Positions 26,207-35,946 of a DNA stretch of 64,000 bases are shown one piece after another. The notes below the pieces were generated by a model. That model saw nothing but the letters and a program-made list of their open reading frames with translations. It was not told the DNA's origin and did not search any database. Position 1 is the stretch's first letter; the number at the start of each line of letters is the position of its first letter. The stretch is taken from the IMG/VR virus record IMGVR_UViG_3300036981_000286, positions 15,594 to 79,593 of that record; one strand, 5' to 3'. A program made the position numbers and the translations under genes. Origin of the DNA: a virus.

Positions 26207-28087
26207 ATGTTAAAAACAACGCTTGGCCAACTTCTGATAAACAGCGCGCTCCCGGCGGATATGCGCGACTACAATCGCGTATTAACAAAGAAAAACGTGA
26301 TTGACCTCGCTACTGATCTTGCCACGCGGTACCCAGACAAGTACCGCGAGGTGATGAAGCAGATGCAAGACATCGGCTCTGAAACCGCGTACACGACAAA
26401 CGGCATGTCTGTTGGCTTAGACGCAATCACGCCGTCGATTGCCGCGCGAAAAAAGCAGCAGGAAATTAAACAAAAATTGCGCGGCGTGCTGTCCGACGCG
26501 CGCCTTGACGACAAATCGCGAAACCTCAAAATACTTGAGTTATCGTCGCAGGCTCAAAAAGAACTTATCGACATTGTTTACAAAGACGCTGAAGAGCAAG
26601 ATAACCCGCTCTTTCATCAAGTGTCGTCTGGCGTTAAGGGAAATAAATTTCAGCTTAATAGCATTCTTGGCGCCGACATGCAGTACGTAGATCACCGCAA
26701 CGAGCCAATTCCAATTCCGGTGATGCACGGCTACAGTCAGGGCTTGCGTCCTGTAGAGTATTTTGCCGGAGCGTTCGGCACGCGCAAAGGTTTGATGGAC
26801 TTAAAAACCGCAACATCTGACGCTGGCTTTTTTGCCAAACAGTTAACGCAAATGAATCACAGGTTGCTTGTTACGTCTGACGATGAGGATCAGCCTGAGT
26901 TACTAGCCGGCGCCGATAATCGCGGCTTTCCGTCGGACGTTGACGATGTAGATAACGAAGGGGCGCTATTGGCCAGAGCCTCAGGTCCGTACAAACGGAA
27001 CACGGTGCTTACGCCAAAAATCTTAAAAGACCTAAAGCAACTTGGCATCAAAGACATACTTGTGCGTAGCCCCACGGTAGGCGGCCCGGCGGATGGCGGT
27101 GTGTACTCTAGAGACGTTGGGTATCGCGAAAAGAACCGGCTACCGCCGATTGGTGATTATGTCGGAATCGCCGCCGCCCAAGCATTAGCTGAGCCGGTCA
27201 CACAAAGCCAGATTTCGTCTAAACACTCTGGCGGCGTGGGCGGAGCTGGCGCTATTTCTGGATTTAAAGCTCTTAACGCTTTAGTTCAGGTACCGGAAAA
27301 ATATCCCAGCGGGGCCACGCACGCGCAGCTAGACGGCGCGGTACAGGAGATTCGACCAGCGCCACAGGGCGGTCATTACGTCATCGTTGCCGGAAAAGAA
27401 CATCACGTTCCAACAGACGTGGCGCTTAAAGTTAAAAAAGGCGATGTACTTGAGGCTGGTGACGTGTTGTCAGAGGGCATGCCCAGCCCGGCCGAAATAG
27501 TCAAATACAAAGGCGTCGGAGAGGGTCGCCGTTACTTCGTACAGGCCATGAAGCAGGTACTCGGTAATAGCGGAATCACAGGACATCGGCGTAACATTGA
27601 ATTGTTATCCCGCGGACTCATTAATCATGTCCGGTTGACCGACGAATACGGCGATTACGTGCCAGACGATATCGTGCCGTATTCTATGCTGGAGCGGTCA
27701 TGGCAGCCGAGAACCGGCAGCGTCCACGGTAACCCAAAAAGCCTAACTGGACATTATTTAGAAAAGCCGGTGCTGCATTACTCAATTGGCACTAAAATTG
27801 GCAAATCTGTTTTAGACAACTTTGACAAATACGGCATCAAAGACATTGAAGCCCACAAAGAGCCGCCGCCGTTTGAGCCCGAGATGGTGCGGGGTATGGC
27901 AAGCGCTACTACAGACCCGGACTGGATGACGCGCATGATGGGCTCGTATCAGCAAAAAAGCTTATTAAACGCTACACACCGCGGTGGCGTGAGTGACACG
28001 GCTGGCAGCAGTTTTGTGCCTACTTTAGCCCGCGGAGAGACGTTTGGCCTGTCGGGCGCGACTGCCGGATGGCAATCGCAACCATAA
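26207..28087 (+). CDS. rpoC: RNA polymerase beta-prime C-terminal half
   Basis: TTLGQLL; SGVKG; bridge helix EYFAGAFGTRKGLMDLKTATSDAGFFAKQL; trigger loop GIAAAQALAEPVTQSQISSKHSGG; RRNIELLSR. Confidence 0.92.
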   Translation: MLKTTLGQLLINSALPADMRDYNRVLTKKNVIDLATDLATRYPDKYREVMKQMQDIGSETAYTTNGMSVGLDAITPSIAARKKQQEIKQKLRGVLSDARLDDKSRNLKILELSSQAQKELIDIVYKDAEEQDNPLFHQVSSGVKGNKFQLNSILGADMQYVDHRNEPIPIPVMHGYSQGLRPVEYFAGAFGTRKGLMDLKTATSDAGFFAKQLTQMNHRLLVTSDDEDQPELLAGADNRGFPSDVDDVDNEGALLARASGPYKRNTVLTPKILKDLKQLGIKDILVRSPTVGGPADGGVYSRDVGYREKNRLPPIGDYVGIAAAQALAEPVTQSQISSKHSGGVGGAGAISGFKALNALVQVPEKYPSGATHAQLDGAVQEIRPAPQGGHYVIVAGKEHHVPTDVALKVKKGDVLEAGDVLSEGMPSPAEIVKYKGVGEGRRYFVQAMKQVLGNSGITGHRRNIELLSRGLINHVRLTDEYGDYVPDDIVPYSMLERSWQPRTGSVHGNPKSLTGHYLEKPVLHYSIGTKIGKSVLDNFDKYGIKDIEAHKEPPPFEPEMVRGMASATTDPDWMTRMMGSYQQKSLLNATHRGGVSDTAGSSFVPTLARGETFGLSGATAGWQSQP

Positions 28088-28151
28088 AACAGTGGATCGC
28101 AAAGTCAAATACAGGTAAATTATCAGTTATCTGTTTCCGAATAGCGCAAAT

Positions 28152-28167
28152 GCCGCATGGAGGTGGC
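28152..28167 (+). promoter_or_regulatory. RBS hairpin with ANGGAN hexaloop
   Basis: GCCGC-ATGGAG-GTGGC before the in-frame GTG at 28169. Confidence 0.55.
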
Positions 28168-28168
28168 T

Positions 28169-30571
28169 GTGTACAACAAAAAAAGTAACAAACCCGCTTG
28201 GAAGCAACAGCTCGAGAAGTTGGGGCAATACTCCCGCTCGAATGTTAAGTACGCGGCGTTAGGCGGCAACGGTGACGACACCCCGTTTGAGCAGGCATTT
28301 AGCAACTTAGCTCACGCTTACCTGCAAGACAAAGCTCCCGGCTTACTTGACCACGAAGTCGGCTTCCAGCTCCTTGACCGCAATAACGAAAATACCAAGG
28401 CTGTTGGTGTTTTTGCGTTTAAGCTCGGGACGATGTGGCTGTACGCGCCGATGTTCTTTTTAAACGGCGACTTAAAGGGCCACGAACTACTGTACCTGAA
28501 AAATCAGGACATGTTTGTACCGCTCAAAGAAAACTGGATTAATTATCTAGTTAACCGAAAACCCGGTATTCTTGGTCACGGCGTCGACCGCAGCCTTTCC
28601 CGGCTCGGCCAACGGCAGCCTGACTTTACGCAGCTTAGCCGCTCGCCGTCTAAGTTCGGTTCGGCAAACCCGACGCTTAAAGAAATGATCACAGAAGCCA
28701 TGCCGGCGTTTGCAAAAGCTGCAACGCTGAACACCTCCGCCGCATTTCAAGAAATCAGCGTGAGCCTCGATCTGGGTACTTTTTTAAAGTCGGCTCGGCT
28801 TGAGACACTCGACTTCCTCGTTAAGGCTTGTCAGCGCGCGCCGCAACTGGCGTCGGCTATTGAGCAGTTTCACGGGCTCAATATTATCAAAGAAGCAATT
28901 GACGCGGCCAAGATTCGTGAAAACGCGCCAAAAATCGCCAGCATTGTGTCAGAGGCGCCTGAGAAGCCAAAGGCTCTCAAGGGCTTAAAGATCGTAACTA
29001 TGGACGTAACGATCCAAACAATGCTGCCCCCGGGACACACAGAAGAAGATCAAGAAAAACTTCTTAACGACGGTATTCTTATCGACGATCAGCGCGACCG
29101 CGATAACGTGGCAATTCCGTATCATATCCAAGTAGATAAGAAGCTTTTCAACCCCACTCAAAGCGGGCTGTACGACATCCTTGTTAAGCCGGGCGACATT
29201 GAACGCTGTTACGTAGCCGCGTATCCGATGGGCGCGGCCAAGCGCGCAGACTTTATTACCGTAGTTCGCGTAGACGGCAAACCGGACTGGGTTAATACCC
29301 GCGCGGATCAAGTGTTCGCGCTAGCCCGAATTGAAGGCGAAGAGTTTGACAAGTGGTTTGACGCGCTGCCAGAAGCCAATAGCGTGTCCAAGTCTGGCCG
29401 CCACATGGCGATCTGCAAGCGCGGCGACGCAACTGTTCCGTTTCGCGTTATCCGCGAGTACGGCGAATCGGAGTACGGCACGACAAGTTACGAGGCGCAT
29501 CTTGAAGATCACTCGAAATTCCCGCCCAAGGGGCACATTTCACCGTGCTGTTACACCGACCCGCTAAATTACGATAAATGGCGCGACGGCGTGCGCATCC
29601 ACCTTAACGGCAAAAAGGGCGGCAGCTTGCGCTCAAGCATGGGCGACATCTTCGTCCCCGAGGGCTACAAGCTGCTCAAAGTCAGCAAGGGGGCGGACGA
29701 CGCTGAGTCTGCCGATGACCAAGGCGCTTGCGGTTGCGGCGAAAGCGACCAGCCAGCTCTCATGCCCGGAAATCTTATTGACGCGCAGCTTTGCTTAATG
29801 AGCAAAACGGCTTCGCTAGAGCTAACGCATAACGGCACGGAAGTCGAAATAAATGGCGGAAAGAAACTTTCCGAAAAACAAGCGTTGGTAAATCTGCTTG
29901 TTGAACATCATCTGCGAGAAGACGCCGCCCGTGAAATTTTAACTCGGGCTGCCTCGTCCCGTAAGTTCTCTTGCCGGCTTAAGCTAGCAGCTGATCCGTA
30001 TGGCGGCCCGATGATGATTAACGGCGCGCCCAGTGCGCCCACTATGCCGTCACCGGTAATGGGCGGCGAGTTTGTCATGGGTACAAATGTGCCCACGCAA
30101 CTCGGTATTGATCAGGGCGTACCGGTTCCCGACATGCTTGCTCTTAATACGGACCGCAGCGTTTACAACCCAAACCCGATGTACGACAAGGGCGTGCTGG
30201 GCTCCGGAACTGACCAAGAACTGCAACGCGTTCTTGACGCGGCGCAGTCTGGCCAAAAAGAAGTATTTGATACGGCTATGATCGGCAGCATGTTACGCGC
30301 CGTGCGTGACGACTCGCTCGTGGATCGCTACATGGGCGACTTAACCAAGGGGTTAGATAAGCTCGGCCGTATCTTGTTTATGTTCTATTGGCACGGCGAC
30401 CGATTCGCTGACCGCTACGGCAAGAGCGACATGCCCGAACTTGAAGACTCGCTGCGTAACGCGTTTGAAATGCTCGGCGATGTTATTCTCTTCCTGAAGC
30501 AGAAGACGATCGACCCGAACCCGAACAATAGCGCGCAGGATATCGACCTGAGCGCCGTAGCTAACTCGTAA
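28169..30571 (+). CDS. Large head-module protein (unknown function)
   Basis: ORF 28157..30571; GTG 28169 follows GGAGG; sites VKYAA, AKAAT, SKTAS, LKLAA. Confidence 0.7.
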   Translation: MYNKKSNKPAWKQQLEKLGQYSRSNVKYAALGGNGDDTPFEQAFSNLAHAYLQDKAPGLLDHEVGFQLLDRNNENTKAVGVFAFKLGTMWLYAPMFFLNGDLKGHELLYLKNQDMFVPLKENWINYLVNRKPGILGHGVDRSLSRLGQRQPDFTQLSRSPSKFGSANPTLKEMITEAMPAFAKAATLNTSAAFQEISVSLDLGTFLKSARLETLDFLVKACQRAPQLASAIEQFHGLNIIKEAIDAAKIRENAPKIASIVSEAPEKPKALKGLKIVTMDVTIQTMLPPGHTEEDQEKLLNDGILIDDQRDRDNVAIPYHIQVDKKLFNPTQSGLYDILVKPGDIERCYVAAYPMGAAKRADFITVVRVDGKPDWVNTRADQVFALARIEGEEFDKWFDALPEANSVSKSGRHMAICKRGDATVPFRVIREYGESEYGTTSYEAHLEDHSKFPPKGHISPCCYTDPLNYDKWRDGVRIHLNGKKGGSLRSSMGDIFVPEGYKLLKVSKGADDAESADDQGACGCGESDQPALMPGNLIDAQLCLMSKTASLELTHNGTEVEINGGKKLSEKQALVNLLVEHHLREDAAREILTRAASSRKFSCRLKLAADPYGGPMMINGAPSAPTMPSPVMGGEFVMGTNVPTQLGIDQGVPVPDMLALNTDRSVYNPNPMYDKGVLGSGTDQELQRVLDAAQSGQKEVFDTAMIGSMLRAVRDDSLVDRYMGDLTKGLDKLGRILFMFYWHGDRFADRYGKSDMPELEDSLRNAFEMLGDVILFLKQKTIDPNPNNSAQDIDLSAVANS

Positions 30572-30581
30572 TAGGTGAAAA

Positions 30582-30977
30582 ATGGCTGGCACTATTTGGT
30601 CTGGCGAAACAAGCTTTTCGGCGCCCTCCGCAACAGAAACAGTCGTGACGCTAAAAGTACCGCATCGCGGCGTGCTGCGTGGCTATAGCCTGACGCAAAC
30701 GTCTGGCGCGAACGTTGGGGCATCGGCGGCGTTATTCACAAGCAAGCAAGATACAGCGCCAAATTCCACACTGCCTGCCGAGGCGTTCCACATACTAGAC
30801 ATCACACTTGGCTCTACCAGCAAGGTAGACAATCATGATCTAAACGTGGCGTACTTAAATCGCGACGGTTCTCCGACTAATGCTCAAAGATATCTTTACT
30901 TGAAAATCACACCTGCTGGTTCTGGCATCAAGAATTTCGTGATGTCTGTAACGATTGAAACCCCGACGCTGCGATAA
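30582..30977 (+). CDS. Hypothetical beta-rich protein
   Basis: AGGTG RBS; TAATG coupling. Confidence 0.7.
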   Translation: MAGTIWSGETSFSAPSATETVVTLKVPHRGVLRGYSLTQTSGANVGASAALFTSKQDTAPNSTLPAEAFHILDITLGSTSKVDNHDLNVAYLNRDGSPTNAQRYLYLKITPAGSGIKNFVMSVTIETPTLR

Positions 30978-31906
30978 TGCTTCAAGCTCTGCGGGATAAT
31001 CCGCTTCGCGCGCCGCACTGGCGTTGGCTGCGGGCTGTGCAAATTGATGCTGGTGGCCCAAAGCCGTCCAAAGCCGTTGACGGCTCCGACGGCTTTGAGT
31101 GGATTCGGCGCATTGTGCGGTTAAAGCGGCGGCACGCTATGGCTGCAAATAAACCACACGCTGTATACGCCTTAGTGCGTTTAGACCGCGGGTTATTCTG
31201 GGCGCATTCAATTTGGGCAGAAGAAAAGGCCCCGACACGTTGGGCTATCGAGGCTTACATTCTGGCCGGCGCGTCTGACGAGGAAATTGCTGAAAAAGTG
31301 GGTTGCGAGCCGGACGTAATTGCCGCATACGCTGCCGTGTTTTTTGATGTGCGCGGAAAGCTGCATAATGGCAATTATATCGTAAACGTTGTGATGGCAG
31401 ACGCCGTTTCCCGCGGGCTGACCGAGCGCCAATACGACCTGCTGTGGAAAATGTTTGGCTACCAAGGCGGTGTTTACGTTCTCGACGCGCTTATCGGTAA
31501 GTTCACAAATATCCATAAGCCGCAAAATGCCAACGAGGTTTCTGAGTTTTTCCAGACCTCGGCCATTAATTCTATGCGACATAAAGCCGCCGTGGCCGCG
31601 CTCACGGTGCCAATTAACACGCACACCCAGCTTCCGCTCCTCGAGTCGTACGTTAAGTACGTTGAAATCGAGCGGACCACGGAAAACACCGAAAAGTCTC
31701 AAATTAGTATTGTTCAAAATATTGGTGCTATGCTTAGTCATCTGCCGTTCAAAATTGGTACAAAGCTGGATTCCGAGGGGGATAAAATGGTACCCTTTGA
31801 TAATAACGCCGCAGAATTGCGCAGTGACGAATTAATGATTGTGGCGGCTGGCGGCAAGCTCGAAAATCAAAAGATGCTTGAGAACTTAAAGTTCCCGGGA
31901 GAATAA
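30977..31906 (+). CDS. Hypothetical protein with a possible helix-turn-helix
   Basis: GASDEEIAEKVGCEPDVIAAY. Confidence 0.6.
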   Translation: MLQALRDNPLRAPHWRWLRAVQIDAGGPKPSKAVDGSDGFEWIRRIVRLKRRHAMAANKPHAVYALVRLDRGLFWAHSIWAEEKAPTRWAIEAYILAGASDEEIAEKVGCEPDVIAAYAAVFFDVRGKLHNGNYIVNVVMADAVSRGLTERQYDLLWKMFGYQGGVYVLDALIGKFTNIHKPQNANEVSEFFQTSAINSMRHKAAVAALTVPINTHTQLPLLESYVKYVEIERTTENTEKSQISIVQNIGAMLSHLPFKIGTKLDSEGDKMVPFDNNAAELRSDELMIVAAGGKLENQKMLENLKFPGE

Positions 31907-31909
31907 CGA

Positions 31910-33244
31910 ATGCGTCCTTTAAGCAAAGACGCCGAGACAAAACTGCTCTCGGCTATCGAAAAGGCCGCCGCGCTCGTGAATGACGGCGCGGAACCTAACG
32001 ACGCGATTATAAAAGTCGCGACAGCGGAGAATTTTCCCGCTAATTACGTAAACCTTATGGTGCACGCCTACAACACAGGCCGCACCACCAAACAACGTGA
32101 GCTTGGCGAGACAGTTAGCGAAAAATCAGCAGATTTTAAGCTCGCCGACGTGGACACAATTATTGACGCGCTTTACCCCAAAGCCGTAAAAACCGCAGGC
32201 GAGATTATTCGCGACACGGCTATCTCAACTGAGTACGCGGTATCGCCGTCCGGGTTTTTAGCGCGCCGAAAAGCGACTATGGAAAAAGCGGCTGCTGCGC
32301 TTTTGCCGCTCCCGGAAAAGACGTTTACGCCGCCACCGAGAGACGAGCACGCTGCGGTCATGCGCGAGCAAAGCCGCAAGGTAGCAGAAAAGCGCGCGAC
32401 AGAAGAAATTCGCCGTGTTGCTACCGTGGCGTACAGCAAAGCCGCGGTCGCGATGGACGAGCTTGCGACGTATTTTCGGTCGCCGGGCAATATGAGTTTT
32501 GGAGACGCTGTTCGGGAGACTGAGCTGCGACTTGGCGACGAAGGCGTATCAGTGCTCAAAAAGCTTGCGGAAGTTTACCCGTGGCTGAATAAACAAGCCG
32601 CCACCGGCAAACACCACTTCGGCGACAACGGCCCGTACGCCACTGTGCAGACAGTTCTTGAAAAACTGGCTGAGTACAAGGAGTATCAGGGCAAATTTAA
32701 CGCTGCCAGCCCACCGCCTAAAGAGAAGAAAGCGGAAATGGTTGTTACGACAGGCTCGATTCTGCGAAACCCCGCCGAGGAACCCGTCGAACTAAAAAAA
32801 GCTAACGCGTTGTCGGGATACCCAACCGGCCCGGTTTCGGCAACGCGTTCGCTGGGCGAGACGATGTGGCAGGGCGCCAACAGCTATATTAAATCACCAG
32901 ATGAAATGCGCAATGAGGCATTTAAAGACATTACAGATCCAGACCATGACCGGAAGCTGCGCAATATTCGAGCGCAGGGCGTGCTGGCTGATTTGGTAAC
33001 TAACGATCCTGTTATTTCAGGTCACGATCCGCGGGAGGTTGCAAATGCGTTTAATGAATTGGCTGAGGTCGCTCCTAGTTTCATGGATTCGTCCGCAACC
33101 GTGCAGGCTCTTTTGCGAAAAAGACTCGAGGCCGGGCAGCTTGCTGATTTTGACATAAAGCAGCTGTTAGAGCTTGAAAAAATTAAGGCCGAGCGGACGC
33201 GTAACCTCATTGACGTACAAGATAAACAACGTGGTTTAGTTTGA
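31910..33244 (+). CDS. Helical head-module protein very rich in K-x-A motifs
   Basis: EKAAA, IKVAT, EKSAD, VKTAG, EKAAA, KKLAE, NKQAA, EKLAE, EKKAE, LKKAN. Confidence 0.7.
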   Translation: MRPLSKDAETKLLSAIEKAAALVNDGAEPNDAIIKVATAENFPANYVNLMVHAYNTGRTTKQRELGETVSEKSADFKLADVDTIIDALYPKAVKTAGEIIRDTAISTEYAVSPSGFLARRKATMEKAAAALLPLPEKTFTPPPRDEHAAVMREQSRKVAEKRATEEIRRVATVAYSKAAVAMDELATYFRSPGNMSFGDAVRETELRLGDEGVSVLKKLAEVYPWLNKQAATGKHHFGDNGPYATVQTVLEKLAEYKEYQGKFNAASPPPKEKKAEMVVTTGSILRNPAEEPVELKKANALSGYPTGPVSATRSLGETMWQGANSYIKSPDEMRNEAFKDITDPDHDRKLRNIRAQGVLADLVTNDPVISGHDPREVANAFNELAEVAPSFMDSSATVQALLRKRLEAGQLADFDIKQLLELEKIKAERTRNLIDVQDKQRGLV

Positions 33245-33251
33245 GGACGTT

Positions 33252-34427
33252 ATGAACGAGCAGACAACTGAAAAATTTGCCAACCTCCTCGGTGTTTATG
33301 CGACCACCGGCAACAGCGCCGGCCTGCAAAAAGAAGCTGCGGAAAACGGCCTAATTAAATCAGCTATTAGTTCCTTAATGTACATGCCGCTTCTCGGCGC
33401 TGGCATTGGTGGCGCTAGCGGTTATTTCGGCACATCGGGCAAGGAAAAGAAAAAGCAGCGTAACGCGATGTACGGCGCGCTAACTGGCGGTTTGGGCGGT
33501 TTTGCTGGCGCGGCATTAACGCCGGTAGTCAGAGAAATGCTCTCGGCAAAGGCTGCACCTGCCGCGGCTTCTGAGCCTAAGGGCGACGGCGGTAAAAAAG
33601 AACCGCCGGGGAGCGTTTATGGCGGGCCGAACTCGACTCCGGTTGGCGGAGCGGTCGTTGGCGCCGGTGCCGTGGCTGGCGGTTTTGGCGGCCAGCGTGC
33701 GGGCGGTCAGCTTTACGACAGAGTAACCGGCACTAAGCCGGATCACGGCTCTCTTGCGCGCCTCGCTGACGCGTCCGGTAAGGCCACGAAAGGTAAAACA
33801 GGTCCGGCAGCAAAAAACGAATACGGGGTCTTAAAGAAAATTTTTGAGGCGCATAACCAGCGCGGCCAGCCCGTCGCGGCTAGTTTAGACGCGCTGCCGG
33901 CAGTACCGCCTAGACTTAGACCGGCACCGACTATGCCTCGAAGCCCTGAAACGCTCCCCGGCTTCGCGTCCGGCCACCCGAGCAGTGTAGCTGCAATGAC
34001 TGATTACAACAACGCCGTAGCGGCATACAATAACGAGCTCAAAACGTGGCGGGGCGAAGCAGCAGCGTACAATACACAACTTAAACAATTTCAAGCCGCG
34101 CGCGCAGGATTAGCTGGAAAATTGCAAGATGCTGAAGCTATTGTGCGGACGCAAAGTCTGGGCGGAACACCGGCTGAGCAAGCCCGCCGCGCAGCAATTC
34201 TTGATGAGATGATTAGAAACAACAAAGGCGCGCCCAGCGGGCGAACACTAACAGATGTTAAGCCGCATTTAAAGGGCACTACCGGGCGGCGCATTGCGCG
34301 TGTAGGTGGCGGGGGTGTGGGTGCCGTAGCCGGCGGCGCGATCACTAACCTTCTTGGGCGGATTCTTGGCAACGTGGCAGACCGCACGCTTGGCAATGTT
34401 CCCGCACCAACAAAGCAGGAAAAATAA
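33252..34427 (+). CDS. Gly-rich glycine-zipper protein, probably virion-internal
   Basis: EKFAN, QKEAA and IKSAI, followed by four GxxxG helices. Confidence 0.65.
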   Translation: MNEQTTEKFANLLGVYATTGNSAGLQKEAAENGLIKSAISSLMYMPLLGAGIGGASGYFGTSGKEKKKQRNAMYGALTGGLGGFAGAALTPVVREMLSAKAAPAAASEPKGDGGKKEPPGSVYGGPNSTPVGGAVVGAGAVAGGFGGQRAGGQLYDRVTGTKPDHGSLARLADASGKATKGKTGPAAKNEYGVLKKIFEAHNQRGQPVAASLDALPAVPPRLRPAPTMPRSPETLPGFASGHPSSVAAMTDYNNAVAAYNNELKTWRGEAAAYNTQLKQFQAARAGLAGKLQDAEAIVRTQSLGGTPAEQARRAAILDEMIRNNKGAPSGRTLTDVKPHLKGTTGRRIARVGGGGVGAVAGGAITNLLGRILGNVADRTLGNVPAPTKQEK

Positions 34428-34428
34428 C

Positions 34429-35904
34429 ATGAGCATGATCAAGGTTATCCAGCCAAATTCGCAAGACTTCAGCGAACCGGTTGCGTCGCTTATTAAAATT
34501 TCTAGCCGCGGGATTATTGGCGCCGACAAGCTTGACCTTGTGAAACGCGCTGGCGCAGAATTTGTGCACAAAATGGAGCACATTAAATTCGCAAAAGATG
34601 AAGTTCCTGTGCACTTAATTGCAATTGGCGCCACTGAAGACTACGGCCCCAATCGTAACGGCGACGGTTTTAAACGCGCCTGCTGCGAAAAATATCACGA
34701 CACGTTTGTTAAACATGCGCGATTTTACCGCGACCATATCAACAAAAATCCGGCTAAAAGTTACGGGATCGTAAAGGCCTCGGCGTACCACGACCCCATG
34801 CGCCGCATTGAACTTGTATGCGCGCTTAACGCGACAAAAGAAGCGGCTGACCGCAACGGCGGGTTATTAGCCGATAAAGAGCTTGAGAAGCTTGCCAACG
34901 GCGACGATATCGGCGTGTCTATGGCGTGCACCATTCCGTTTGACGTGTGCAGCCATTGCGGCAACAAAGCCCGCACCCGCGCGGAGTACTGCGACTCAAT
35001 TGAAAACGGCGGGCACTGCAAGGCCGGCGGTTTAAAGCACAACATGGGCAAGTGCGCGTATGACGGTAGTATTTTATTCGCTGATAATACCCAACCTCGA
35101 TTCTTTGACATTTCTCACGTTTACCGCCCCGCTGACCGTATTGCCTATATCTCAGGGCGCCTTAAAGCGGCGTCAACTGGTGTAATTTCCGGCGCTGAGT
35201 TGGCAGAGCAACTTGGCGTCACCGCCCCTATGTTTTTAGACGTAGACGGCGTTTCAGCGCATACCCGCGGCCAGCTTATCGCCCTAGAAAAGCTATCCTC
35301 TGCCGAATCTGACCCTGACTTTGGACGCAGCTGGGCAAAGACAGCACTGGCCGAATCGCCGGCTGTGCAAGAAACAATTAATATCGCGGAACTGGCCAAC
35401 GTAAAGCTGGCTGAGGCTTTTCGCGCGCTTGCTGATGCGGGCGTTATCCTGCCTGTTAAGGATTTTTTAAACCTCACTGTTAAGGCCGCTGGACAAGAAT
35501 TGGTTACGTCCGTGACCGACGCCCTGCCCGGCATATTTTCAAAGTTGGCTGCTGAGCAAGATATTGTTTCAAGTTTGGAGCAAAATGCTTATAATCCAGC
35601 ATATGCAGCAAATGCCCGACTTCACAGTTGGGCAGAACGGGTTGCAGCTACGCGAAGCATGTTGCCGAAAGCCGTTGAAAAGCGCGCTTATCTGGCTGTG
35701 ATTCGTAATGCAACGCCGGCGGCTATTAACGAAACAAATTTTCAATCGATGACCAAGAAAGCAGAAACAAGCAGTGCGGCGGTGAAAGCCCTTGCGCGTC
35801 ATTACGCTCTGTATAAAATTGCTGCGTTCTCGGAAATCATGAAAAAATATGATGCTGATGGGTTGACAGCACAGCATTGTGTTATGCAGAATTATGTGAT
35901 GTAA
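34429..35904 (+). CDS. Prohead maturation serine protease (assemblin/HK97-type fold)
   Basis: PNRNGDGF, RDH (His), VSMAC (Ser), CSHCG, FFDISHVYRPAD; lies upstream of scaffold and capsid genes; ATG 34429. Confidence 0.75.
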   Translation: MSMIKVIQPNSQDFSEPVASLIKISSRGIIGADKLDLVKRAGAEFVHKMEHIKFAKDEVPVHLIAIGATEDYGPNRNGDGFKRACCEKYHDTFVKHARFYRDHINKNPAKSYGIVKASAYHDPMRRIELVCALNATKEAADRNGGLLADKELEKLANGDDIGVSMACTIPFDVCSHCGNKARTRAEYCDSIENGGHCKAGGLKHNMGKCAYDGSILFADNTQPRFFDISHVYRPADRIAYISGRLKAASTGVISGAELAEQLGVTAPMFLDVDGVSAHTRGQLIALEKLSSAESDPDFGRSWAKTALAESPAVQETINIAELANVKLAEAFRALADAGVILPVKDFLNLTVKAAGQELVTSVTDALPGIFSKLAAEQDIVSSLEQNAYNPAYAANARLHSWAERVAATRSMLPKAVEKRAYLAVIRNATPAAINETNFQSMTKKAETSSAAVKALARHYALYKIAAFSEIMKKYDADGLTAQHCVMQNYVM

Positions 35905-35946
35905 CAAACGCCGACATAAAATGTGCGGTGTACAAAGGAGACAACT

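Noticed and set aside
25233-26207. Intron or intein splitting beta-prime
   Set aside because: The interval holds two ordinary coupled ORFs and shows no intron core or intein motifs.
20785-28087. Cellular rpoBC operon (bacterial contig)
   Set aside because: There are no flanking ribosomal protein genes, the motifs are divergent, and the genes sit among virion genes.
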